A stretch of DNA of 64,000 bases from contig DBQA01000003.1 of NCBI GenBank assembly GCA_002305675.1, positions 3,278-67,277 of the forward strand, written 5' to 3'. The notes below the pieces were generated by a model. The model saw only the letters and a list, made by a program, of their open reading frames with translations. It had not been told where the DNA came from and did not search any database. A program made the position numbers and the translations under genes. The first letter of the stretch is position 1; every line of letters begins with the position of its first letter. This document shows, one piece after another, positions 8,534-16,381 of this stretch. The stretch is from Patescibacteria group bacterium UBA1406. GTDB lineage: Bacteria > Patescibacteriota > Microgenomatia > UBA1406.

Positions 8534-9223
8534 ATGCCTAAATCAGTCATTGCCGTGGAGATCGCCGGAACATTCCTGGCCACCGCCCTGGCCCTGGCCT
8601 TTGCCGGTTCCAGTCTGGCCAAGTACGACCTGCAATTGGTGGCCGTCCTGTTCATTGTCTATGTCCTTCTCAAACGCCTGATGATGAGGAGTGCCGGTTT
8701 TTTCGTTCTGGAGGCCTTCATATTCATCTTTATCATCGTCTCGACCGTCTTTTCGAGCGGCGGTCTGCAGTCGCCTTTCTTCTTCCTATTGTATTTTCTG
8801 ATGTTCGCTCTCGCTCTTTTCTTTGATTCGGTGACCACCCTGGCCTTGACCCTGACCCTCTTGATCTATGTCATCGCCACCGCCGACTACTCTATGCAGC
8901 TCAGGGATCTTCTGCCCGCTCTGTCTTTACCCTTCATTGCCCCCTTTGCGAAATACCTGGGAGACCTGCAGAGAAAAAGCTATCGCCAGAGCTTGGAGAT
9001 CAAGCGGTTGAGCCGGGCCAAGGAAAAGGGCGAAGAAACGATGCGGTACGATCAGGAACAGACGCTCATTTTTCTGACAACGGTCCTTTACCGGCATCTG
9101 GACGAAATGAAGGAACGCCTGGACAATTTTCTCGGGGACGAGGACCTTGCGTACCTCCGCAAGAAGGTAAAGCATCTGGAAGGCATTTCAGAAGGGTTCA
9201 GGAGATATGTGGAGAAAATCTAA
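8534..9223 (+). CDS. polytopic membrane protein with a sensor-kinase-like TM region and C-terminal helical segment, no ATPase domain
   Basis: GGLQSPFFFLLYFLM motif typical of sensor-kinase membrane modules. C-terminal helix QTLIFLTTVLYRHLDEMKERL. ATG 8534 lies 6 nt after TATAAT at 8522-8527 (track start 8519 is GTG). Confidence 0.4.
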   Translation: MPKSVIAVEIAGTFLATALALAFAGSSLAKYDLQLVAVLFIVYVLLKRLMMRSAGFFVLEAFIFIFIIVSTVFSSGGLQSPFFFLLYFLMFALALFFDSVTTLALTLTLLIYVIATADYSMQLRDLLPALSLPFIAPFAKYLGDLQRKSYRQSLEIKRLSRAKEKGEETMRYDQEQTLIFLTTVLYRHLDEMKERLDNFLGDEDLAYLRKKVKHLEGISEGFRRYVEKI

Positions 9224-9929
9224 AATCGTATTTGCCGTTCTCGCCCTGGTGTTCGTACCGGCGGCTTGGGCGACCAATATGTCAAGCACCAACTACAAGA
9301 TCATTTTCGGTAACCTCAACTTTGGCGGGAACGAACAGACAAGTACAACGTACCGGCTGGATATCACCCTGGGGCAGACAGCGGCCCAGAGGTTCACCCG
9401 TGACGGTTATGTCATCAAGGCCGGCTTCCAGTATATCCACCAACTGACGCCCTTTTCCTTTACACTGTCCGATACGTCCATCGACTTCGGGACACTTGTC
9501 CCGGATACGCCCCAGACCCAAGGGCTGACCGCCACCGTTACCCACCGTGGCCAGGGTTACGAAGTGAAGGTGAGCGAGAACAACCCGATGCGCCGCATTT
9601 CCGGCGGGGCCGAGATAGATAACACCGCCTGCAACGGCGGTGTGGACACCTGCACGGCTTACAGTGCCAAGCCCTGGACTCTGGCAGGTGCCTACGGGTT
9701 CGGATACAACGCCTCCGGAGACGACGTGGCGGCCGATTTCACGGACAACACCTATTATCGCCCTTTTGCCAACCTGGAAACCCCCCAGACTCCGGCCACC
9801 TTCATGAGCTCCAACATGGCGGCCAAGGACAGGCAGTCCACCGTGACGATGCGGATCAATATCGATGGCACCCAGGAAGCGGGAACATACCAGACCGTCA
9901 TCAATTTCATTGCCGTACCAAAGTACTGA
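9207..9929 (+). CDS. secreted protein with a WxL-like C-terminal domain (paralog of the C-terminus of 3896-5383)
   Basis: Signal peptide VFAVLALVFVPAAWA. Other strings: SSTNYKIIFGNLNFGG...TTYRLDITLGQ, GYEVKVSENNPM, YGFGYNASGDD, ending QEAGTYQTVINFIAVPKY. Confidence 0.5.
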   Translation: MWRKSKIVFAVLALVFVPAAWATNMSSTNYKIIFGNLNFGGNEQTSTTYRLDITLGQTAAQRFTRDGYVIKAGFQYIHQLTPFSFTLSDTSIDFGTLVPDTPQTQGLTATVTHRGQGYEVKVSENNPMRRISGGAEIDNTACNGGVDTCTAYSAKPWTLAGAYGFGYNASGDDVAADFTDNTYYRPFANLETPQTPATFMSSNMAAKDRQSTVTMRINIDGTQEAGTYQTVINFIAVPKY

Positions 9930-9930
9930 C

Positions 9931-10908
9931 ATGAGAAAGTATTTGATAATCATTGCCATTTGGCTGTTCTTTGCCGTTCCCGGGGCTCGGGCGCAGCGGG
10001 TGGACATGAGCCTGACACCGCCGCAGATCACTATCCTGATGAAGAGCGGCGTGAGCCTGATGAAGGCCTTCACATTGGAGAACAAAGGTGATCCGGGCAT
10101 ATTTTCCACCCAGGTGGTTTCCTTTGAGCCGGCCGGGGACCAGGGGGAAAGGATACTAAAGGACAAGGCGGAGGGGCCGATCCGGTTCTCTTTAGAGAAT
10201 AGTCAGTTCGCGCTTGGGGACAAGTTCTTCCTTAGGGGAGGGGAGCGCGTCCAGGCCCTTTTGAATATCCGTTCCGTCCAGAACGCACCGCCGGGGGATT
10301 ATTATTACAACCTGTTCTTTGTCGCCGAACCGACCACGCTCCAGGAAACGGCCGGTAAAGGTCGGGGACTGATCGGGGCCAATATCCTCATCAGCATTAC
10401 GGACACCGGTTTTACGGAAGCCGAGGGAAAAGTGTCCCTGTTCCAGGTGATCCCTCGTTACAAGTTCACCTTGTTCGGCAGGACCTTTTATATCATTGAA
10501 CCGACAGATGAAGTACCTGTTGTGCTGAAAGTGGTCAATACCGGCCGGTACATGGTGGTGCCGCAGGCCAAAGTAATGCTCAAGGGCCCTCTCGGGATCA
10601 GGAAGAGTGTGGAAATGGTCCCGGTCAATGTACTGAAAAGTTCGGAAAGGCTCCTGACCAAGTCAGAACCCGACGAGTGCCGCCGCTGCCGGATCCCCGT
10701 CAGCGCCGTTTTTGACGGCCTGTATTTTGGCAAATACCATCTGTCCACGGAGATCGAGCTGGAAGGGGCCACCCAGAAGATATTCGCCGAATCGGTTTTC
10801 TGGGCCCTTCCCGTCAAGCTGACCGGGGGAGTAGCTTTCCTTTTCGGAGCGTCTTTGGTATTATGGTGGTGGCTCGGCAAAAGGAAGGGAGATGGCAGGA
10901 AAAAATGA
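9931..10908 (+). CDS. DUF916/DUF3324-like (CscA-like) cell-surface protein, paralog of 2895-3893
   Basis: Start set to MRKYLIIIAIWLFFAVPGARA (ATG 9931, 1 nt after the upstream stop). Other strings: APPGDYYYNLFFVAEPT, GKYHLSTEIELEG, and C-terminal LPVKLTGGVAFLFGASLVLWWWLGKRKGDGRKK. Confidence 0.5.
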   Translation: MRKYLIIIAIWLFFAVPGARAQRVDMSLTPPQITILMKSGVSLMKAFTLENKGDPGIFSTQVVSFEPAGDQGERILKDKAEGPIRFSLENSQFALGDKFFLRGGERVQALLNIRSVQNAPPGDYYYNLFFVAEPTTLQETAGKGRGLIGANILISITDTGFTEAEGKVSLFQVIPRYKFTLFGRTFYIIEPTDEVPVVLKVVNTGRYMVVPQAKVMLKGPLGIRKSVEMVPVNVLKSSERLLTKSEPDECRRCRIPVSAVFDGLYFGKYHLSTEIELEGATQKIFAESVFWALPVKLTGGVAFLFGASLVLWWWLGKRKGDGRKK

Positions 10909-11162
10909 AAAACAAGCTTTTCATCGGCAATATCCCGCTCATAGCCACCGATGACGACCTGGAAAGCTTCTTTGGCAAGGTGGGGGAGGTGAAAGAGGCG
11001 AGGGTGGTCCGGCACAAGAACACCGGCAAATCCCGCGGGTTTGCCTTTGTGACGATGCGGACCGCCGAAGAAGCGGAAGCGGCGCTTGAGGAGCTGCACA
11101 AAAAGCCCTTCAGGGTCAACGACGTGGAGCGAAATATCCATATCCAGGAAGCTAAACCGTAA
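10905..11162 (+). CDS. RNA-binding protein, single RRM domain
   Basis: RNP-2 LFIGNI and RNP-1 KSRGFAFVTM. ATGA overlap with the upstream stop at 10905-10908. Confidence 0.85.
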   Translation: MKNKLFIGNIPLIATDDDLESFFGKVGEVKEARVVRHKNTGKSRGFAFVTMRTAEEAEAALEELHKKPFRVNDVERNIHIQEAKP

Positions 11163-11181
11163 TGTGTTATAATTTATGATT

Positions 11182-13653
11182 ATGGCTGTTCACTACAATC
11201 CCCACGAGTTCGAACCGAAATGGCGTGAGACGTGGGAGCGCCGGGGAATATATAAGACCGTCACTCCCGACACGGAGGCCGCCAAAATCTATACCTTATC
11301 CATGTTTCCCTATCCGTCAGGCGCCGGTCTGCATGTGGGGCATGTCCGTATCTATACCGGGACGGATGTCCTGGCACGCTATTTAAGGATGAAAGGCTAT
11401 GCTGTCTTGCACCCGATGGGGTGGGATGCGTTCGGTCTGCCGGCGGAGAACGCGGCCATCAAGGAGAAAAAGAACCCTTTGGACATGGTGCCGGCCCACA
11501 TCCAGAACTTCAAGCGTCAGATGAAGATGTTGGGATTGTCCTATGATTGGGAGAGGGAGATAGCCACCATCGATCCGGATTACTATCAATGGACCCAGTG
11601 GCTGTTCATTCTCTTCTTCAAATTAGGCTTATTGTACAAAAAAGGTACGTTCGTATATTTTTGTCCATTCTGTAAGACGGGCCTGGCCGAGGAAGAAGTG
11701 CTCGCAGACGGCACTCATGAGCGGTGCGGCAAACCAATCACCCGCAAAGAACTGCCACAATGGATATTCCGGATCACCACTTATGCCGACAGTCTTTTGG
11801 AAGGATTGGAAGCCTTGAAGTGGCCGAGAGGCATTTTGGAGATGCAGAAGAACTGGATCGGGAAGAAGGATGGCGTGAGAATAAAATTCAAAATCCAGAA
11901 TTCAAAATTCAAAACAAAGGAATTGGAGGTGTTCACCACCCGGATAGACACCATCTTCGGCGTCACCTTTGTGGTGGTCGCGCCCGAGAAGGCGATGGCA
12001 TGGATCAGAGCCGGCTGGAAGGCATCTTCGGCAGTGAGAGAGTATGTCGACAAGGCGCTTTCGAAAACGGACCAGGCCAGGCTGGAGGAACAGAAGGAAA
12101 AGAGCGGCGTGAAGACCGACCTCTCGGCCGTCAACCCCGTCAACGGGGAGGAGGTGCCCATCTATGTGGCCGATTATGTCATTGATGAAGTGGGAACGGG
12201 CTGCGTGATGGGGGTACCGTTCTATGACGAGCGGGACAAGGCCTTTGCCGAAAAGTACGGCATCGAAATTAAGCCCATTGACCTGGTTGACAAGGGGCAG
12301 ACATACCGGGCGCTGAAGGAAAAGGGGATGGCCGACCAAGAGACCACTTACCATTTACGGGACTGGATCTTTTCCCGGCAGCGATATTGGGGCGAACCCA
12401 TTCCCATGGTTTACTGTTCCTCCTGCGCCCAAGAAAAGCTCTCCTGGTTTGATACCGGGGAGGCAAAAAGATTCAAAAAACAGTATCATAATATGAGTAA
12501 ACTGTATCAAAGTACAAAGGAAAATGTCTATGGGTGGTATCCGTTACCAGATGAGGAACTGCCTCTGAAACTACCCTACCTGAAAGAGTATGAACCCACC
12601 GAAAGCGGGGAATCGCCCCTGGCCAAGGTCTCTGAATGGAAAGAAACAGTATGCCCTCATTGCGGTGGGCCGGCCACCAGAGAGACGGATACGATGCCCA
12701 ACTGGGCCGGATCCTGCTGGTACTTTATTCGTTTTGCCTGGCAGAATGCGAAGCAGGAAAGCCCCTCCATTGAAAATTGGAAATTGAATATTGAAAACTC
12801 TCCGTGGCTTCCCGTGGACTGGTATCTGGGTGGGGCAGAACATGCGGTGCTGCATTTATTGTATTCGCGCTTCTGGGCCCATGTCCTACACGATGTGGGG
12901 CTTTTAGGCTTCAGAGAGCCCTTTTTAAGATTAAGAAATGTGGGTATGGTACTGGCCGAAGATCACCGGAAGATGAGCAAGTCCTTCGGCAACGTGATCA
13001 ACCCCGACGATGTCGTGGCCAAGTACGGTGCAGACGCCCTGCGGGTCTATGAGATGTTCATGGCCCCTTTCAATATGGAGATAGATTGGTCTACCAGGGC
13101 GCTTGCGGGTGCATACCGATTCTTGAAGCGGATTTATCAGATTTATCACGAGTCTGCTAACATAGCTAACGATGTTTCTGATGAGGATATTGAGCTTGTT
13201 GCAAAGCTTAACAAGACCATTAGTAAAGTTGACAATGATATAACGAACGTAAAGTTTAATACAGCGATAGCCGCCCTGATGGAGTTTACCAATGCCTGGC
13301 AGGCTAAGAAACTGGGTCGTGATAACGCGAAAAAATTCCTAATTATGCTGGCCCCCTTTGCCCCATTCCTGGCCGAGGAGTTGTGGTCCGGGGTAATGAA
13401 AGGGCAAGAATCGGTCCATGAAATGAAATGGCCGGAGATTGACAGGGCAGTCCTTAAGGACGAAACGGTTTCCCTACCCGTGCAGATTGATGGCAAGGTC
13501 AGAGGCCTGGTGAAACTTGGACCCGGAGAATTGGCCCGTGAGCAGGCGGTGGCCAGGGCACTAACGGAGGAAAAGGTAAATAAGCACCTGGCCGGCAAGA
13601 AATACCGGACGATATATGTCGAGGGCAAGGTCCTGAATTTTGTCACGGAGTAG
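11182..13653 (+). CDS. leuS: leucine--tRNA ligase
   Basis: YNPHEFEPKWRETW, PYPSGAGLHVGHVRIYT, WDAFGLPAENAAIK, GGAEHAVLHLLYSRFW, KMSKSFGNV. ATG 11182 lies 8 nt after TGtTATAAT (11165-11173). An alternative in-frame ATG lies at 11176. Confidence 0.95.
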   Translation: MAVHYNPHEFEPKWRETWERRGIYKTVTPDTEAAKIYTLSMFPYPSGAGLHVGHVRIYTGTDVLARYLRMKGYAVLHPMGWDAFGLPAENAAIKEKKNPLDMVPAHIQNFKRQMKMLGLSYDWEREIATIDPDYYQWTQWLFILFFKLGLLYKKGTFVYFCPFCKTGLAEEEVLADGTHERCGKPITRKELPQWIFRITTYADSLLEGLEALKWPRGILEMQKNWIGKKDGVRIKFKIQNSKFKTKELEVFTTRIDTIFGVTFVVVAPEKAMAWIRAGWKASSAVREYVDKALSKTDQARLEEQKEKSGVKTDLSAVNPVNGEEVPIYVADYVIDEVGTGCVMGVPFYDERDKAFAEKYGIEIKPIDLVDKGQTYRALKEKGMADQETTYHLRDWIFSRQRYWGEPIPMVYCSSCAQEKLSWFDTGEAKRFKKQYHNMSKLYQSTKENVYGWYPLPDEELPLKLPYLKEYEPTESGESPLAKVSEWKETVCPHCGGPATRETDTMPNWAGSCWYFIRFAWQNAKQESPSIENWKLNIENSPWLPVDWYLGGAEHAVLHLLYSRFWAHVLHDVGLLGFREPFLRLRNVGMVLAEDHRKMSKSFGNVINPDDVVAKYGADALRVYEMFMAPFNMEIDWSTRALAGAYRFLKRIYQIYHESANIANDVSDEDIELVAKLNKTISKVDNDITNVKFNTAIAALMEFTNAWQAKKLGRDNAKKFLIMLAPFAPFLAEELWSGVMKGQESVHEMKWPEIDRAVLKDETVSLPVQIDGKVRGLVKLGPGELAREQAVARALTEEKVNKHLAGKKYRTIYVEGKVLNFVTE
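11885..11912. repeat. 4 tandem heptamers AATTCAA/AATCCAG/AATTCAA/AATTCAA inside leuS
   Basis: Read directly from the sequence. Encodes KFKIQNSKFK in a variable loop before the conserved VFTTRIDT. Confidence 0.7.
12770..12797. repeat. 4 tandem heptamers TTGAAAA/TTGGAAA/TTGAATA/TTGAAAA inside leuS (opposite orientation to 11885-11912)
   Basis: Read directly from the sequence. Encodes IENWKLNIEN just before the conserved PVDWYLGGAEHA. Confidence 0.7.
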
Positions 13654-13672
13654 GTTATGGTAAAATGTTCCC

Positions 13673-14944
13673 ATGAAGCCCGAGATCCATACTTTGGAGA
13701 ATGAACTGCCGGTCGTTCTCGTCGAAACGGAGGCCTTTCCGTCTTTGACGGCTCTTCTTCTGGTGGGGGCCGGCTCCCGGTACGAGAACCGGCACAATAA
13801 CGGCATTGCCCACTTCTTTGAGCACATGGCCTTTAAGGGCAGTAAGAAATATCCAAGTGCCATCCAGATATCATCCCTTTTGGACAGCCTGGGTAGCCAG
13901 CATAATGCCTTCACGGCCAAAGACCATACCGGCTACTGGATAAAAGCTCCGTCCGCCCACTTTCCGGTAGTGATAGATGTCCTGTCCGATATGGTTTTGA
14001 ACTCCCTTCTGAAGCCGGCGGAGATCGAGCGGGAAAAAGGGGTTATCGCCGAAGAGATCAACATGTATGAGGACCTGCCCCAATACAAGGTCTGGGACCT
14101 GTTCGAGAATGTGCTCTACCAGGATAATCCGCTCGGCTTTACCGTGACCGGCACCAAGGATACGGTCTCTTCTTTCAGTCGGCAGACGTTCATTGATTAT
14201 ATGGACAGGCTTTACCACCCGAACAACGCCGTCTTGGTGATCGCCGGCGGGGGGCTCAAGAAAGACTATTTGGACCTGGTCGACTCTAAATTCGGCAGCT
14301 GGCAGCCGGCCGGGACTGACGCTTTTACCCGGGCCAAGGAAAAAGCGGGCGGACCGAATTTTCTCGTCCACCAGAAAAAGTCGGAGCAAGCCCATTTCAT
14401 CCTGGGCTACCGGGCCTTAGCGCGGACGGACAAAAGGCGATATGTACTGACGCTTTTGGCGGCCATTCTGGGCGGTGGCATGTCTTCCCGGCTGTTCTTT
14501 GAGGTCAGGGAGAGACGGGGCCTTTGCTATTATATCCAGTCCGGGGTGGAGGCGATGGCGGAAACAGGGTATCTCTTCAACCGGGCCGGAGTTTCTCCCA
14601 AGGTGGAGAAGGTGAAGGAGGCGGTCACGGTCATCCTGGAAGAGATCGCCAAAGTGGCCGCTGGTTATTTGAGGGACGATGAGATCAAACGGGCCAAGGA
14701 AATGATCAAAGGCCGGCTCATCCTGTCCCTGGAGGATTCATACAACACCGCCTCATTTTACGGCAAAAGGCTGCTTCTGGACAAGGAGCTGAAGGCCCCT
14801 CAGGCGATCATCAAAGAGATCGACAGGGTGGAGAAAGAGGAGCTGGAAGCCCTGGCCAAGGAGATTTTCACCACCCGCAAACTTAATTTTGCTATCGTGG
14901 GGCCGTTCGATAAGAGTTCCCTATCCTTGGAGGAGTTGATATGA
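13673..14944 (+). CDS. M16-family zinc peptidase (insulinase/pitrilysin-like)
   Basis: Inverted zinc motif HFFEHMAFKG (HxxEH) and a two-domain length of 423 aa. ATG lies 6 nt after TGgTAAAAT (13658-13666). Confidence 0.85.
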   Translation: MKPEIHTLENELPVVLVETEAFPSLTALLLVGAGSRYENRHNNGIAHFFEHMAFKGSKKYPSAIQISSLLDSLGSQHNAFTAKDHTGYWIKAPSAHFPVVIDVLSDMVLNSLLKPAEIEREKGVIAEEINMYEDLPQYKVWDLFENVLYQDNPLGFTVTGTKDTVSSFSRQTFIDYMDRLYHPNNAVLVIAGGGLKKDYLDLVDSKFGSWQPAGTDAFTRAKEKAGGPNFLVHQKKSEQAHFILGYRALARTDKRRYVLTLLAAILGGGMSSRLFFEVRERRGLCYYIQSGVEAMAETGYLFNRAGVSPKVEKVKEAVTVILEEIAKVAAGYLRDDEIKRAKEMIKGRLILSLEDSYNTASFYGKRLLLDKELKAPQAIIKEIDRVEKEELEALAKEIFTTRKLNFAIVGPFDKSSLSLEELI

Positions 14945-15498
14945 AAGCCTACTTTACCGCTTCCATCGTCGGTAAGCGCCACTACCTGGACAATTACTCT
15001 CTGATAATTGCCACCCTGAAAAAGCTCGGCTGCGAGGTTTTCTCCGACCACATCATGAAGACGACCGAGTCCGAGATCCACTTTGAGACCAGGGAAGAAC
15101 GCTTAAAATTTCACGACCGTTTAAAGGAGTGGATAGCGGGTTGCGACTTTGTGGTGGTGGAGGCGTCATTCCCGAGCATCAGTGTGGGTTACGAGATATC
15201 CCTAGCCCTCAACCTCAATAAACCGGTGCTTATCCTTTGCAACGGTGTAGAACCGCCGTCCCTGTTCAAATCGCACAAGAACGAAAAGCTCGTCTGCGAG
15301 CAGTATACCGTCCCGACCCTGAAGGGCATCCTTAAGGACTTCATCAACTATGCCGATGACAAGAACGACACCCGCTTCACTTTTTTCATTACTCCGCGGA
15401 TAGCGGCCTTCCTGGAAGAGGTGTCGCGCAAAAAAAGGATTCCCAAAGCGGTCTTTCTGCGGCATCTATTGGAGCAGGCAATGGACGATACCCGCTGA
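14941..15498 (+). CDS. nucleoside 2-deoxyribosyltransferase-like (NDT/Rcl-fold) domain fused to a C-terminal ribbon-helix-helix domain
   Basis: MKAYFTASIVG..., CDFVVVEASFPSISVGYEISLALNLNKPVLIL (NDT-like pattern with Glu). The tail RFTFFITPRIAAFLEEVSRKKRIPKAVFLRHLLEQAM is CopG/RHH-like. ATGA overlap with the M16 gene. Confidence 0.5.
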   Translation: MKAYFTASIVGKRHYLDNYSLIIATLKKLGCEVFSDHIMKTTESEIHFETREERLKFHDRLKEWIAGCDFVVVEASFPSISVGYEISLALNLNKPVLILCNGVEPPSLFKSHKNEKLVCEQYTVPTLKGILKDFINYADDKNDTRFTFFITPRIAAFLEEVSRKKRIPKAVFLRHLLEQAMDDTR

Positions 15499-15555
15499 AG
15501 AGGCATATCGGTGATGCATTTATCTTTTCTATCTGAGGATCTAGCATATTAGTGT

Positions 15556-16344
15556 ATGGTTACCCCCGATCTGACGGCCACCCGGCCGCATGTCGAAAAA
15601 GAGAGGGGACAGATCCTCTGGAAAGAAGTTCCATTTGCCGGCCTGGTCATGTACTCCCTGATGGTCGAGTGGGAAAAGAGCGGCCTGGACGGGAATTTTG
15701 ACGACCCGGAATTCGTCAACCGTTTCCTGCCTGCTCACAGACAATATGGTGACGCCAATGTCCGTTGGCAGCTCCTCCGTCTGCAGGACAACCCCATTCT
15801 GCGGGTCAATCCCGGCGGACAGAACGGGCACGCCCTTCCTCCGACCGCCTTCGAGGGCTACTGGTTTGACCGGATGGGAGCGGATGCGATCGAGACCATT
15901 GCCAGGCAGGGGAAGAGGGAGCTGGACAAGATTAGCCAACGGCACAGATTCGACGGTTACACGAACCGGTTCCGGCGTAACCTGGACAATGGTTATTTTG
16001 CCCATCATGAAGATTTCGAGATGATATTCGAGTACGAGGCGCTGTACCGCTATCTCCTTTGGGAGTCGCGCTCCGGGATGAGCGACAAGGAGCTGGAGTA
16101 CCGGCTGAGCACGCGCGATGCCGTCAGCACCTGCCAAGCCCCCTACCATCTGTTCGGGGGGGACAAATTCCTGCAAACCTGCTATAACATCCCACAGGTC
16201 CACCGGCCGACCTTGGGGCTGCAGTTCGGTTGGTCCGATCTCGCCCCCAAAGACCAGGACGGGTATTGGCTGATGGCCAATATCGGCAAGATCGGCCATC
16301 CCCTGGTCAGAAGAGCGGTGGATTTTCTGACCCATAACGTTTAG
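15556..16344 (+). CDS. hypothetical protein (W/Y/F-rich orphan, no recognisable domain)
   Basis: 262-aa ORF with G/C-ending codon preference like neighbouring genes. A same-span antisense ORF is judged a shadow. Confidence 0.5.
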   Translation: MVTPDLTATRPHVEKERGQILWKEVPFAGLVMYSLMVEWEKSGLDGNFDDPEFVNRFLPAHRQYGDANVRWQLLRLQDNPILRVNPGGQNGHALPPTAFEGYWFDRMGADAIETIARQGKRELDKISQRHRFDGYTNRFRRNLDNGYFAHHEDFEMIFEYEALYRYLLWESRSGMSDKELEYRLSTRDAVSTCQAPYHLFGGDKFLQTCYNIPQVHRPTLGLQFGWSDLAPKDQDGYWLMANIGKIGHPLVRRAVDFLTHNV

Positions 16345-16381
16345 AATATATACATCCTTTATTAACAGTTCTTAAACGGAC

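Noticed and set aside
9282-10166. 294-aa minus-strand ORF across the cassette B genes
   Set aside because: Antisense shadow spanning two well-supported plus-strand genes with signal peptides and paralogs.
11163-11181. T-box or other leader upstream of leuS (and of tyrS at 47527-47546)
   Set aside because: Only about 13-20 nt are available between the preceding gene or promoter and the start codon. This is too short for any known aminoacyl-tRNA-synthetase leader.
11885-12797. Possibility that the heptamer arrays are a mini-CRISPR or other spaced-repeat locus
   Set aside because: The units are contiguous 7-mers with no spacers, each array is only 28 nt, and both lie inside an intact leuS reading frame.
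15541-16335. 264-aa minus-strand ORF co-extensive with the 262-aa plus-strand ORF
   Set aside because: Its G/P/V/L/Q-rich composition, poor in K/N/Y/W, is typical of the shadow frame of a gene with G/C-ending codons. The plus-strand frame looks protein-like. Kept as a finding because the evidence is not decisive.
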